A DNA stretch of 64,000 bases from Chitinispirillia bacterium (GTDB lineage Bacteria; Fibrobacterota; Chitinivibrionia; Chitinivibrionales; Chitinispirillaceae), in the NCBI GenBank assembly GCA_009784115.1, contig WRCH01000002.1, positions 174 through 64,173 on the forward strand, written 5' to 3'. Numbering within the stretch: the stretch's first letter is position 1; the number at the start of each line of letters is the position of its first letter. The position numbers and the translations under genes were made by a program. Below are positions 44,300-53,874 of the stretch, piece by piece. Under the pieces are notes generated by a model. The model ran no database searches. It was not told the DNA's origin and was given only the letters and a program-made list of their open reading frames with translations.

Positions 44300-45172
44300 C
44301 TAAAATAATATTGACGCCGTCATTGCCGCTCCGCGGGGAACTATCCGCACATTAAAATTTTCTATGTTTTGATGCGGACCCAAAAACGCGCTGTACGCCG
44401 CGTTGGCAAAAAAAGTCCCTATTAAAGCGCCTGCTAAAACATCTGCGGGATAGTGTTTTTCGCCCTCAATACGCCCCCATGCCGTAGCTATAGTAAGTGT
44501 AGTTAAGGCGGCGTATGCGGGATAACTGTATACCTTGGGAAGAGACATGCTGCTTATCATCCTTGCGGTGTAAGCGTTAGCTACCGCGGCAGAAGATGTA
44601 TGGCCGGAAGGAAAAGAGTAGACGTTTGATGAGTCGGGCCTTAAACGTCCGGTGGTTATTTTCAAAAGATGAGTTGATCCTGATGTCAATCCAAGAGAGA
44701 GAGCTCCGGCAGACGCGGCGGCAACCGGCGCGTGAAGCCGGGGCGATATTCCAAATTCACTCCCAATAGGACAGCCGTCACCGTTTTTATCTTGATCGGA
44801 TGATGAATGCAAAGGAAGATACTTTATGGAATAAGTGAGCGCGGCTGCTCCTGCGGATGCAATAACAAACAGGTCGCTTGCTCTTTTGGCGTTTTCAATT
44901 GAACCGAAGACTGGAGTGTTTTTTGCTGCGTAGTATGAAATTTGCTTATCTTTCCCAGACGCCGCGGTAACAACAAGCGCGGCAGCGGTGATTCCCATCT
45001 GCGGCTGAAACGCCGCGCTTTTGAGCGCCGCGCCTATTCTTCTTTTGTCAGGCAGCAGCGTTGGGTCTTCAAAAGAACCGGATCGCAATACCCTGTTGGA
45101 ACAGCCGCTAAAAAAGCAGGTCAGCAAAATTATGCACAATAAAAAGAGATATTTTGATTTTTCTTTCACCAC
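44300..45172 (-). CDS. PAP2-family (type 2 phosphatidic acid phosphatase-like) lipoprotein
   Basis: PAP2 motifs (RPDSS...PSGHTS...GRIEGEKHYPADV) and a lipobox FFSGC. I infer the start at tandem GTG codons (45169 or 45172), because the longer ORF to 45247 runs into a repeat element. Confidence 0.7.
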   Translation of the reverse strand: MVKEKSKYLFLLCIILLTCFFSGCSNRVLRSGSFEDPTLLPDKRRIGAALKSAAFQPQMGITAAALVVTAASGKDKQISYYAAKNTPVFGSIENAKRASDLFVIASAGAAALTYSIKYLPLHSSSDQDKNGDGCPIGSEFGISPRLHAPVAAASAGALSLGLTSGSTHLLKITTGRLRPDSSNVYSFPSGHTSSAAVANAYTARMISSMSLPKVYSYPAYAALTTLTIATAWGRIEGEKHYPADVLAGALIGTFFANAAYSAFLGPHQNIENFNVRIVPRGAAMTASILF

Positions 45173-45522
45173 AGCGCACTTTATTGATTTATTGAATCTT
45201 ATTGAAGTACCAATTAAATATTGCGCCGTACCGCTACACGACTGCACTACAGCATTGAGGTCGTTCCGCGGTACAGCGCACCGTGTTTATCGAGGCGTAA
45301 GCCAATATTTAATCGCGGGATGTATAATACCTAAAATACTATATGCCCCAACGATTTATGATTCATCTTTTGCATATGCGGAACAGTAATTTTAACATTT
45401 TCCATATTCCCCCCTTTCCAATATAGTATCTTGAATAGGTAATAATTGGCGCAATTATTGTTTAAACCAAACGTAATCCGGCGGACGCCGGGGTCAAAAG
45501 AAGTTAAGTATACCCTAACAAA

Positions 45523-47070
45523 ATGGAAGAACAAGGCAAGATGAGAAAATTTTGGGGCGCGGTTCTTTTACTTGCGGCAGCGAGTTCTGTTTTTGCGGAA
45601 AAGATTGATATCCCTGTCAGCTATCATACTCTTCATAATGGATTAAGGGTGATAATAGTTCCCGACACAAACGTTGCCGTTGTGAGCTGCAGGCTTTACT
45701 ATTTTGTGGGCGGGATGAATGAGGGGCCGTCTACCGCGGGGCTCTCACACATGTATGAACATATGCTGTTTAAGGGAACAAAGCGGCTCGGCACCCATGA
45801 TTACGAAAAAGAGATCCCATATATAGCGCGGATTGACTCTCTTGACCGGCTTCTTCAAAACGCCCGCTTAAAGGGCGGTGAACAGGATTCACTTTTCAAA
45901 CATTACCGCGCCCAGATTTTTTCCACACTTGAAGAGCAGCGCAAATACATTAAAAAAGATGAGATATGGGAGCTTTATCAAAGCCACGGCGGAACATCCC
46001 TTAACGCCTGGACTTCAAGCGACATGACCGCCTATATCGTTACCCTGCCGCGCAACAAAGTGGAACTGTTTTACTGGATAGAATCTGACAGAATGCAAAA
46101 TCCTGTTTTAAGAGAGTTTCACAGCGAACAGGACGTAGTATTGGAAGAGCGGCGCATGCGCTACGAAAACCGTCCGCTTCACCTCTACTGGGAACGCCTC
46201 AACTCGCTTTTCTATGTCGCGCACCCGTTCAGACAACCGGTAATTGGCTGGACGTCAAACATCAGAAACTTTTCGACAGACAAGATGATGCGCCACATCA
46301 ATAACTTTTATACTCCTGATAACGCGGTTCTCGTACTTGTTGGAAATATCGATCCGGTCAAAGCGATGGAAGATATTAATAAGTATTTCGGACAGATTCC
46401 AAAGAGAGATTTTGAGAGGGATGAGGTTACAGTACGCGAACCCGCGCCCATCGGCGCTACCCGCTTTACAGTGCGGGAGGATATTGAGCCGCGGATTGAT
46501 CTTTTATTTCACATCCCCGGCTACCCTCATGATGATCTTTACGCCCTTGACATTATAGAGGGTGTTTTGTCGGGCAGAAGCGGCAGACTCTACAGGCGTC
46601 TTGTTGTTGAAGAACAGCTTGCTACAAACGCGGGAGCGTCAAACTCATTTCGGCCCCACAACAGCAGTTTTCACATCTTTGCACAGCTTAAAAGCGGAAG
46701 CGACCCGGCCGTTGCAGAAAAAATCATAATTGAAGAGATAGAAAAACTTGCAAGCAGCGTCCCGTCAGAACGGGAGATGACACGAATTACGAACGAAATA
46801 AGAATGTCTTACGCGGAAGGACTTAAAAGCCTTGAGGGGCTCTCCGACCGTTTAGCCCGCTTTGAGCGGCTTGGATCATGGAGAGATCTTTTAGAGTATC
46901 CCGATAAAATTTTATCCGTTGACAAAGAGTCTATTCCAACCATAGCGGCCAAATACCTTAAACCGCAGCTTGGCACATGGGGATTTATTGTTCCCAAAAC
47001 GGAAAGTGCGTCGGCGCCGGTACAGCCGCCTGAAACAAATGAGAAGAAAAACGCCGGGAGGAAGAAATAA
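45523..47070 (+). CDS. M16-family zinc peptidase (active-site subunit)
   Basis: The inverted zinc motif HxxEH (HMYEH) and a signal peptide. Confidence 0.85.
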   Translation: MEEQGKMRKFWGAVLLLAAASSVFAEKIDIPVSYHTLHNGLRVIIVPDTNVAVVSCRLYYFVGGMNEGPSTAGLSHMYEHMLFKGTKRLGTHDYEKEIPYIARIDSLDRLLQNARLKGGEQDSLFKHYRAQIFSTLEEQRKYIKKDEIWELYQSHGGTSLNAWTSSDMTAYIVTLPRNKVELFYWIESDRMQNPVLREFHSEQDVVLEERRMRYENRPLHLYWERLNSLFYVAHPFRQPVIGWTSNIRNFSTDKMMRHINNFYTPDNAVLVLVGNIDPVKAMEDINKYFGQIPKRDFERDEVTVREPAPIGATRFTVREDIEPRIDLLFHIPGYPHDDLYALDIIEGVLSGRSGRLYRRLVVEEQLATNAGASNSFRPHNSSFHIFAQLKSGSDPAVAEKIIIEEIEKLASSVPSEREMTRITNEIRMSYAEGLKSLEGLSDRLARFERLGSWRDLLEYPDKILSVDKESIPTIAAKYLKPQLGTWGFIVPKTESASAPVQPPETNEKKNAGRKK

Positions 47071-48599
47071 TGAAGAAATCATTTATAATCTATTTGACAG
47101 TTTTAGCAGTGATATTTGGTGCATTTGATTTACAGGCGGCGGGAAGACGGCTCCCTGCTGAAGATAAAAAAGATGTCATTGAAGAACAATCAGCGAAGAT
47201 AACAAAATCAACAATTGCAGATCATCCCTCACTAATTGTATTTGATTCGCTTGACTGGTCTGTTCCATTGGGCGATCCCTACAGAACGGAGCTAAAAAAT
47301 GGTATGATCGCTTATGTCGCGGTTGACTCAACGCTTCCCCTTGTTACATTAAGCGCGCTTGTACGCAGCGGTTCTCTTGGCGATCCAAACGATAAAGTTG
47401 GGCTTGGCTCCTTAATGACAAGACTTCTGCGCACCGGCGGCACAGAACAGTATAACGCCGATTCACTTGACGCGTTGATTGACATGCTGGCTATGAGTTT
47501 CGGTTTCTCGCAAGCAGAGGCGCACATCGCTTTCAAAGCCTCGTTTTTGTCAGACTTCCTTGATACCGCGTTAAACATAACTCAGCAGATGTTTTTTCAT
47601 CCAGCATTTCAGCCTGACAAAATTGAAAAAGAGAAGATGATAACGGTTGAAAATATCCGGCACCGTTTTGTCAACCCCGGCCCGGCTCTGACCGCCGCGT
47701 ACCGCAAGCTCATGTATCCGCAAAACGCCCCGTCAAGATTTTCAAGTACCGCCTCTGTACAATCTGTTAAACGTGAAGACCTTATCGCCCTTCACAAAAG
47801 TGCATTTACCGAAAGAGACATTATGATAGCGGTATCAGGTAAATTTGACAGGGATGATATGATCGCAAGACTTAACGCAATCTTCGCGTCACCCATAAAT
47901 CACAGTGAAAGAGCAGACTATTCTGAAATCTCAATCGCACCGCAGGTAAACGCGCTTGTAGTCCATAAACCTATTGACCAGGTATATGTACGCATGGGTC
48001 TGCCGCTTTTCAAGCGTCCTAATGATGACTTTTACGCGGTCTCTGTGATGAACCTGATTCTTGGCGGCGGCGGTTTTACTTCACGTCTTGGAACACGCGT
48101 GCGCTCAGACGAGGGGCTCACTTATTCTATCCATTCAAGCGCGGAGTCGAACTACACTTATCCGGGAACGCTTTTTATTAACTTTTTTACCAAAACTGAA
48201 TCATACCCCAAGGCGATATCAATCATACACGAAATACTTGAAAGCATCCGCACCGAAGGGGTAACGGAGAGTGAACTTGCTCACGCGAAGTCATCTCTCA
48301 TCTCAGAATTGCCGTCATCATTCCGCTCTCCTGAGGATATTGTGTCAACTTACGCGTGGAGTGAATTTTACGGCAGAGCGGCGGATCACTACGAAAAATA
48401 TCCGCTGGAAATAGCAAAACTTACTTTGGATGATATAAAAGCCGCTGCCCAAAAGTATATTAATATAGGTAATATCAGTTACGCCATTGTTGGAGACACC
48501 GCCGCAATAAGGGCAACTGAAGCGGGCAAGTTTTTTAATTTGAACACTATAGAAAACAAACGCGTGACGAGCAGCGATTCGCTTCTGTTTTTGCCATAG
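47070..48599 (+). CDS. M16-family peptidase-like protein (no HxxEH seen; probably the non-catalytic partner)
   Basis: M16 fold-like sequence, and the start overlaps the stop of the upstream M16 gene by 1 nt (TAATG). Confidence 0.75.
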   Translation: MKKSFIIYLTVLAVIFGAFDLQAAGRRLPAEDKKDVIEEQSAKITKSTIADHPSLIVFDSLDWSVPLGDPYRTELKNGMIAYVAVDSTLPLVTLSALVRSGSLGDPNDKVGLGSLMTRLLRTGGTEQYNADSLDALIDMLAMSFGFSQAEAHIAFKASFLSDFLDTALNITQQMFFHPAFQPDKIEKEKMITVENIRHRFVNPGPALTAAYRKLMYPQNAPSRFSSTASVQSVKREDLIALHKSAFTERDIMIAVSGKFDRDDMIARLNAIFASPINHSERADYSEISIAPQVNALVVHKPIDQVYVRMGLPLFKRPNDDFYAVSVMNLILGGGGFTSRLGTRVRSDEGLTYSIHSSAESNYTYPGTLFINFFTKTESYPKAISIIHEILESIRTEGVTESELAHAKSSLISELPSSFRSPEDIVSTYAWSEFYGRAADHYEKYPLEIAKLTLDDIKAAAQKYINIGNISYAIVGDTAAIRATEAGKFFNLNTIENKRVTSSDSLLFLP

Positions 48600-48663
48600 T
48601 CTTTTTACGGTTAAAATCTCGCGCTGTAAGAGTCACAATGAAGATTGACGGGAGGCAGGCATC

Positions 48664-49143
48664 ATGAATGTTGGCATAGTAATCCACACCACTTCAGGCC
48701 ATACACTGGCTTTTGCCCGCGCAATTGAAGAGTTGCTTAAACAAAAAGGACATGAGGCAGAGATCCTTCCGCTGCGCACCGCCGGCAGGGTGACTCCGAC
48801 AGGCAGCGGTAATTTTTCTATTAGAAATGCGCCGGAGCTTGATGAATTTGACACCGTACTTTTCGGCGGCCCTGTTTGGGCGTTCAAAGCCTCCCCTGTT
48901 ATCATGAAATTTTTAGTTGAAGAGGTGAAGTCGCTTAAAAATAAAAAAGCGCTGTCATTTGTAACTATGGGGCTGCCCTTTAAATTTACAGGCGGCGACC
49001 GCGCGCTGCGTATGATGAACGAACAGCTTGAGGCAGCGCTTGCGGATGTGGTTGAGGGTGAAAAGCTGCTCTATTTCTTGAAAAATGATAAAGAAAAAAT
49101 GCTTGCCGCGGCGCAGAGGATTTGCGATAATCTTGGGGCTTAA
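48664..49143 (+). CDS. Flavodoxin-like fold protein
   Basis: The pattern MNVGIVIHTTSGHT...LFGGPVWAF is typical of flavodoxin-like proteins. This is a weak, by-eye call. Confidence 0.5.
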   Translation: MNVGIVIHTTSGHTLAFARAIEELLKQKGHEAEILPLRTAGRVTPTGSGNFSIRNAPELDEFDTVLFGGPVWAFKASPVIMKFLVEEVKSLKNKKALSFVTMGLPFKFTGGDRALRMMNEQLEAALADVVEGEKLLYFLKNDKEKMLAAAQRICDNLGA

Positions 49144-49150
49144 CAATGTT

Positions 49151-50473
49151 TTAAAGAATATTAGCCGCAAGCTCAGAAAGTTTTGAGCGCTCCCCCTTAA
49201 ACAGCGTTACATGAGCGGATACTTCCTGACCGCGTAATTTTTCCACGACATACGATAGACCGTTGCTTGAAGAATCTATATACGGATTGTCAATTTGATA
49301 CGGGTCGCCTGTCACTACGATTTTTGTTCCGTCACCCACGCGTGTTATAATCGTTTTCATCTCGTGAGGAGTAAGATTTTGCGCTTCGTCAATAATCAAA
49401 AATTGGTTATGGATTGAGCGTCCGCGAATATAGGTCAGCGGTTCTATAATAAGAATCCCAAGTTCCATAAGTTCTCTGAACCCGCGGGTATGGCGCCCGG
49501 TGTTTCTGTCTTTACGCATAAGAAACTCAACATTGTCAACAATAGGATACATCCACGGCGTAAGTTTTTCTTCTACTGTGCCGGGTAAGAAACCGATATC
49601 TTTTCCCAAAGGCAATGTCGGCCTTGATACGAGGATATGCGAATAAACATTCTCGTCAACAGTTTTAAACAGCGCCGCCGCTACGGCAAGGAGCGTCTTT
49701 CCTGTACCAGCCTTGCCTACAAGAGTCACTAATTGAATATTATCGTCTAAAAGCGCATCCATACAAAAGAGCTGCTCCGTATTGCGCGGCTTTAACCGCC
49801 ACGCTCCTTCGCGTGTTTCTGAGATAAGCCGTTTAACGCCGTTTTTCTCCGCATCAAACCGTCCGTAAGCAGTTCTTTCACTGTCATTCCCATCTGTCAA
49901 TACTACATATTGGTGCGGATAGAGTTTTTCATCGACGTTCAATAAACCTTTTTCTCTAAACTCGGTTATCATGCCGGATGATACCGTAATCTTTTTAAAT
50001 CCGCTGTAAAGCTCCTCAATGTCTATTTTGTCAGACTCATAATCCTCTGCCGCTATCCCTAAAGCGTCTGCCTTAATACGCCGGCTTACATCTTTTGTAA
50101 CGTAGACAGTTGGTATAGCTGGAGAAGACTCTTTAATTTCAAGAGCGACGGCGAGCATGTGGCTGTCTTTGCGGCTCATCTCGCGCAGGTCTTCGGGCAT
50201 ACGCTTGTAAACGGCTGTTTGTCCGGTTTTAACAAAAAGCGTTCCGCCGCCATTGGGCAGTTTTACTCCGGAAGACAAATTGTTAATTTGACGCAGCTCA
50301 TCAAGATAACGCGAAGCCTGCCGCGCACAGCGGCCTATTTCGCTTACCTCTTTTTTAAAATGATCTATATCCTCAATTACTGTAATGGGGATAAATACAT
50401 TATTCTCCCCAAACTTAAACATCGCTTGGGCGTCATAGAGGAGTACTGAGGTGTCAAGGATATAGTTCTTCAT
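49151..50473 (-). CDS. PIN-domain / PhoH-like ATPase (YlaK-type)
   Basis: An N-terminal PIN domain (YILDTSVLLYD), Walker A GKAGTGKT and the PhoH C-terminal motifs. I prefer ATG at 50473 because the upstream ORF extension is made of hairpin repeats. Confidence 0.85.
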   Translation of the reverse strand: MKNYILDTSVLLYDAQAMFKFGENNVFIPITVIEDIDHFKKEVSEIGRCARQASRYLDELRQINNLSSGVKLPNGGGTLFVKTGQTAVYKRMPEDLREMSRKDSHMLAVALEIKESSPAIPTVYVTKDVSRRIKADALGIAAEDYESDKIDIEELYSGFKKITVSSGMITEFREKGLLNVDEKLYPHQYVVLTDGNDSERTAYGRFDAEKNGVKRLISETREGAWRLKPRNTEQLFCMDALLDDNIQLVTLVGKAGTGKTLLAVAAALFKTVDENVYSHILVSRPTLPLGKDIGFLPGTVEEKLTPWMYPIVDNVEFLMRKDRNTGRHTRGFRELMELGILIIEPLTYIRGRSIHNQFLIIDEAQNLTPHEMKTIITRVGDGTKIVVTGDPYQIDNPYIDSSSNGLSYVVEKLRGQEVSAHVTLFKGERSKLSELAANIL

Positions 50474-50517
50474 ATTTTTAACATGATCTTCGCTATTTTG
50501 TGCGGATAGTGTTTCTC

Positions 50518-50689
50518 CACATCCCGAATGGGATGTGCCGCCCGGTAAAATGATGTAATAAAAAAAGCTCTTGCATCCTAAAGGGATGCATCCTCTGCGT
50601 TGATACAACCGATGGGCGCATCCCTGCAGGATGCGGAAAAATGTTTGTGATCTCTGTTTTACCGGACGTTGCATCCCGTTCGGGATGCA
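50518..50689. repeat. Cluster of four short palindromic hairpins with stem GCATCC(C)/(G)GGATGC, spaced 27-35 bp apart
   Basis: CACATCCCGAATGGGATGTG (50518), TGCATCCTAAAGGGATGCA (50572), CGCATCCCTGCAGGATGCG (50617) and TGCATCCCGTTCGGGATGCA (50670). Confidence 0.8.
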
Positions 50690-50769
50690 GAGAGTACCAT
50701 ATCATATTATTGTCTACCCACTCAAAACAGAGAAACGCCTTTAAATATAAAATAATAAACAATGCACAG

Positions 50770-51654
50770 TTACAGAGCAATATTTCCTGCATGTACAAAT
50801 GACAATCCGGCGTCATGACCAATCTTTAAAGCTTTTTTGACCGATTCCGCCAAGGTAACAGAACGGTCAGCGAATTTATACTGCGGAAAAAACCTTGACA
50901 CATGCCAAGGGACATCTTTACCCAAATCGTCAGCGATAAATTTCGCGATACCTTTTAACTCATCATCGGAATTATTTTCACCGGTGATAACAAGTGTAGT
51001 AACCTCAAGCCAAATCCCTAATTTTTTAATGAGTTTCAACGAATCTAAAACAGGCTGAAGAGAAGCGCCGCACTGCTTTTTATAGAAATCATCACTAAAT
51101 GATTTAAGATCAATATTGCAAGCGTCAAGATACGGACTGATCATCTCCAAAGCCTGTGAAGTCATATATCCGTTTGATACGAATATCGTTTTAAGTCCTC
51201 TTTGTTTAGCGATCTTTGCAATATCCAGCGCGTATTCAAAAAATATCGTCGGTTCTGTGTATGTAAATGAGATGCTTTCACATCCATGCTTAATAGCTTT
51301 CTCAACAATCTTTTCAGGTGAGGATTCATCACCGCGGTATTTATCGGTATCACCCATTGCGGATATTTGAGAGATATTCCAGTTTTGACAAAAACCGCAT
51401 CTGAAATTACATCCCGCTGCGGCTATGGAATAAGTGATGCTTTTGGGAAGGAAGTGATAGAGCGGTTTTTTTTCGACAGGATCAATATTTTCAGCAATTG
51501 TATGACCGTAAGCGTATGTGTATAGTGATCCGTCAATATTTTTTCTTACTGAGCAGACGCCTCTGTTTCCCGGTGTTATACGGCAGCGATGAGCGCACAA
51601 AGAGCAGACTACTATTTTACCCCCGACACTCTCCCACAGAATCGCTTCTTTCAT
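50770..51654 (-). CDS. AmmeMemoRadiSam-system radical SAM enzyme (PFL-activase-like)
   Basis: N-terminal CSLCAHRC...GVC and the radical SAM motif CNFRCGFCQNW. The start is uncertain (51654 or 51726). Confidence 0.8.
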   Translation of the reverse strand: MKEAILWESVGGKIVVCSLCAHRCRITPGNRGVCSVRKNIDGSLYTYAYGHTIAENIDPVEKKPLYHFLPKSITYSIAAAGCNFRCGFCQNWNISQISAMGDTDKYRGDESSPEKIVEKAIKHGCESISFTYTEPTIFFEYALDIAKIAKQRGLKTIFVSNGYMTSQALEMISPYLDACNIDLKSFSDDFYKKQCGASLQPVLDSLKLIKKLGIWLEVTTLVITGENNSDDELKGIAKFIADDLGKDVPWHVSRFFPQYKFADRSVTLAESVKKALKIGHDAGLSFVHAGNIAL

Positions 51655-51700
51655 AAATACATTATACGATCGGCCATAAAGTGAGTCAACGGAAAAACCA

Positions 51701-51907
51701 TTATTCAAACTGTTTAAGATTAACAACCTTTATCGCGGTGCGCGGACAAAACTGTACCGCAAGAGTGCACTCCTCCTCAAGCGAAAAGGGGACGCAAAAA
51801 ACCTTTGAGACTGCCTTGCCGCTTGGAGCCTGACCAAAAAGATCGGGGCTAAAACTCACACACATCCCGCAGCCGCAGCATAAATTTTCCTCTATCTTAA
51901 TTCTCAT
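51701..51907 (-). CDS. Small [4Fe-4S]/[3Fe-4S] ferredoxin
   Basis: CCGCGMC...CP cluster motif, about 68 aa from MRIKIEE. Confidence 0.7.
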   Translation of the reverse strand: MRIKIEENLCCGCGMCVSFSPDLFGQAPSGKAVSKVFCVPFSLEEECTLAVQFCPRTAIKVVNLKQFE

Positions 51908-52097
51908 AAAAACAATTCTCCCGCAAATAAAGCGCAAATATCAATAGTAACCATCTTTCAAACAAAGAGATACCGCAAGGAACATACCAAAAAAGTGTTG
52001 TATCAATACGAAGATACAGGCACAATATTTGATACTTGTTTCAAATTTCCCATCCTAAAAAAATTAAATACTAATACATTAACAAAGGCTAATGCAA

Positions 52098-53357
52098 ATG
52101 GCAAAAATTAAAAATGTACACGGACGAGAGATTCTTGATTCGCGCGGTAATCCAACTGTAGAGGCGGAGCTTACGCTTGATAATGGAATATGTGTAACAG
52201 CGGCGGTTCCATCGGGCGCTTCAACCGGAAGCCGTGAGGTGATGGAGCTGCGTGACGGGGATAAAAGGCGCTACGGCGGCAAAGGGGTTTTGTGCGCCGC
52301 TAAAAATATTGATGATATGATCTCACCGGCTATCACCGGTAAAAATCCTGCAGGTCAAAAAGAGATCGACAAACTCATGTGCGAGCTTGACGGAACCGAA
52401 AACAAAAGTAAACTCGGCGCAAACGCAATCCTTGCGGTCTCAATAGCCTGCGCCAAAGCAGCTGCGCTCGATCAGGGCAAGCCTCTTTTTTTATACCTTT
52501 CACAGGATAAATATATGCCCTTCCCTGTTCCATTTTTTAACATCCTGAACGGCGGAGCGCACAGCGATACGAATGTTGATATTCAGGAGTTTATGATCGC
52601 TCCAACAGGCGCGCAGAGTTTTCCGGAAGCGGTGCGTTTTGGGGCGGAAGTTTATCATAGCCTGCAAAGCATCCTCAAAAAAAATAATCTCTCAACCGGA
52701 GCGGGAGATGAGGGCGGTTTTGCTCCAACTCTCCCGTCAAACGAATCGGCGCTTAAGTTTATCGTAGAGGCGGTCACAAAAGCCGGATATGTCCCCGGTA
52801 AAGATGTAGCGCTTGCAATGGACGCTGCCGCGACTGAATTTTATAAAGACGGAGAGTACTTTTTGAGAGCCGACCAAAAAAAATTATCATCAAGCGAAAT
52901 GATTAACTATTACGAGGATTTGATTGACCGCTACCCCATTATATCAATTGAAGACGGTCTTGCTGAGGATGATTGGGAAGGCTGGACAGCATTAACCAAA
53001 AAAATTGGCAAACGAGTACAGCTTATTGGGGATGATATTTTTGTCACCAACAAAAAATATCTGCAAAAAGGGGTCGAGCTTAAAGCCGCAAACTCCGTCC
53101 TTATAAAACTAAATCAAATAGGCACAATAAGCGAGACTATGGAAACTGTAAAATTAGCGGTTGACTCAGGCTACCGCTGCATGTTCTCTCACAGAAGCGG
53201 CGAGACGGAGGATACGTTTCTATCGGATATCGCTTTAGCGTCGGGCTGCGGACAGTTAAAGGCTGGGGCTCCGGCGCGTTCAGAACGAGTGGCTAAATAT
53301 AATCGTCTGCTCCGCCTTTGGGAGATGTGCGGGGAAAATGCTTTTTTTACACCATGA
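52098..53357 (+). CDS. eno: Enolase (phosphopyruvate hydratase)
   Basis: GREILDSRGNPTVEAE, SHRSGETED and IKLNQIGT motifs. Confidence 0.97.
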   Translation: MAKIKNVHGREILDSRGNPTVEAELTLDNGICVTAAVPSGASTGSREVMELRDGDKRRYGGKGVLCAAKNIDDMISPAITGKNPAGQKEIDKLMCELDGTENKSKLGANAILAVSIACAKAAALDQGKPLFLYLSQDKYMPFPVPFFNILNGGAHSDTNVDIQEFMIAPTGAQSFPEAVRFGAEVYHSLQSILKKNNLSTGAGDEGGFAPTLPSNESALKFIVEAVTKAGYVPGKDVALAMDAAATEFYKDGEYFLRADQKKLSSSEMINYYEDLIDRYPIISIEDGLAEDDWEGWTALTKKIGKRVQLIGDDIFVTNKKYLQKGVELKAANSVLIKLNQIGTISETMETVKLAVDSGYRCMFSHRSGETEDTFLSDIALASGCGQLKAGAPARSERVAKYNRLLRLWEMCGENAFFTP

Positions 53358-53447
53358 TCATCAAAAAACATAATATCTGATAAGCTTCTAAACATCCATT
53401 CCCCAAAAACGAATTATTACAGGGATACGATTTCAAGGGAGGATATT

Positions 53448-53687
53448 ATGGGTGAGAAACTTGGTTTAAATGAAATAAGAGATTGTCTTAAAGAGACGCA
53501 TTTCCCGGCTTCAAGGGATGAGCTTGTTCACTATGCGCAGGATGCGCATGTTTCGCAGAACATCGTTAACGCTATCGCGAGTATTCCAAACAGAGAGTAC
53601 TCCAGCGCGTTTGACGCGGCCAAAGCGTTTGTTTCAAACAAGTTAAATCCGGGACGCTTTATGGGACACGGATCAACTGAGAATTAA
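53448..53687 (+). CDS. DUF2795-family small protein
   Basis: HFPASRDELVHYAQ...NIVNAIASIPNREY is the DUF2795 pattern. Confidence 0.65.
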   Translation: MGEKLGLNEIRDCLKETHFPASRDELVHYAQDAHVSQNIVNAIASIPNREYSSAFDAAKAFVSNKLNPGRFMGHGSTEN

Positions 53688-53751
53688 TCTGACGAATCGC
53701 TGATCAAATTGATTAATGACAATAAGTGATTAATAAGTACAGGCTTGCGGA

Positions 53752-53854
53752 TATACTGAATTACGGCATAAATCTACAGCAGCCTCACGGCACTGCGTGC
53801 AGTTGCGTGCGGTGCGGTGCGGTGCGGTGTAGATTTATGCCGTGTACCTGTATA
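53752..53854 (+). repeat. Structured repeat family A, copy A8 (forward; left core deleted, GGTGC x4 expansion)
   Basis: CGGCATAAATCTACA / TGTAGATTTATGCCG arms. The core lacks CTGTGCCGCTAAG and carries GCGGTGCGGTGCGGTGCGGTG. Confidence 0.8.
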
Positions 53855-53874
53855 GATGCCCCGCGGCCTGTACT

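Noticed and set aside
50474-50674. The N-terminal 67-aa extension of the PIN-PhoH ORF.
   Set aside because: The extension is encoded by the hairpin array. The PIN domain begins right at the internal Met (MKNYILDTSVLL).
50518-50689. A possible CRISPR array, with regularly spaced palindromic repeats and 27-35-bp spacers.
   Set aside because: The repeats are only 17-20 bp, are not identical (loops and flanks differ), and number only four. No cas genes or leader-like region are nearby. I report it as a hairpin cluster instead.
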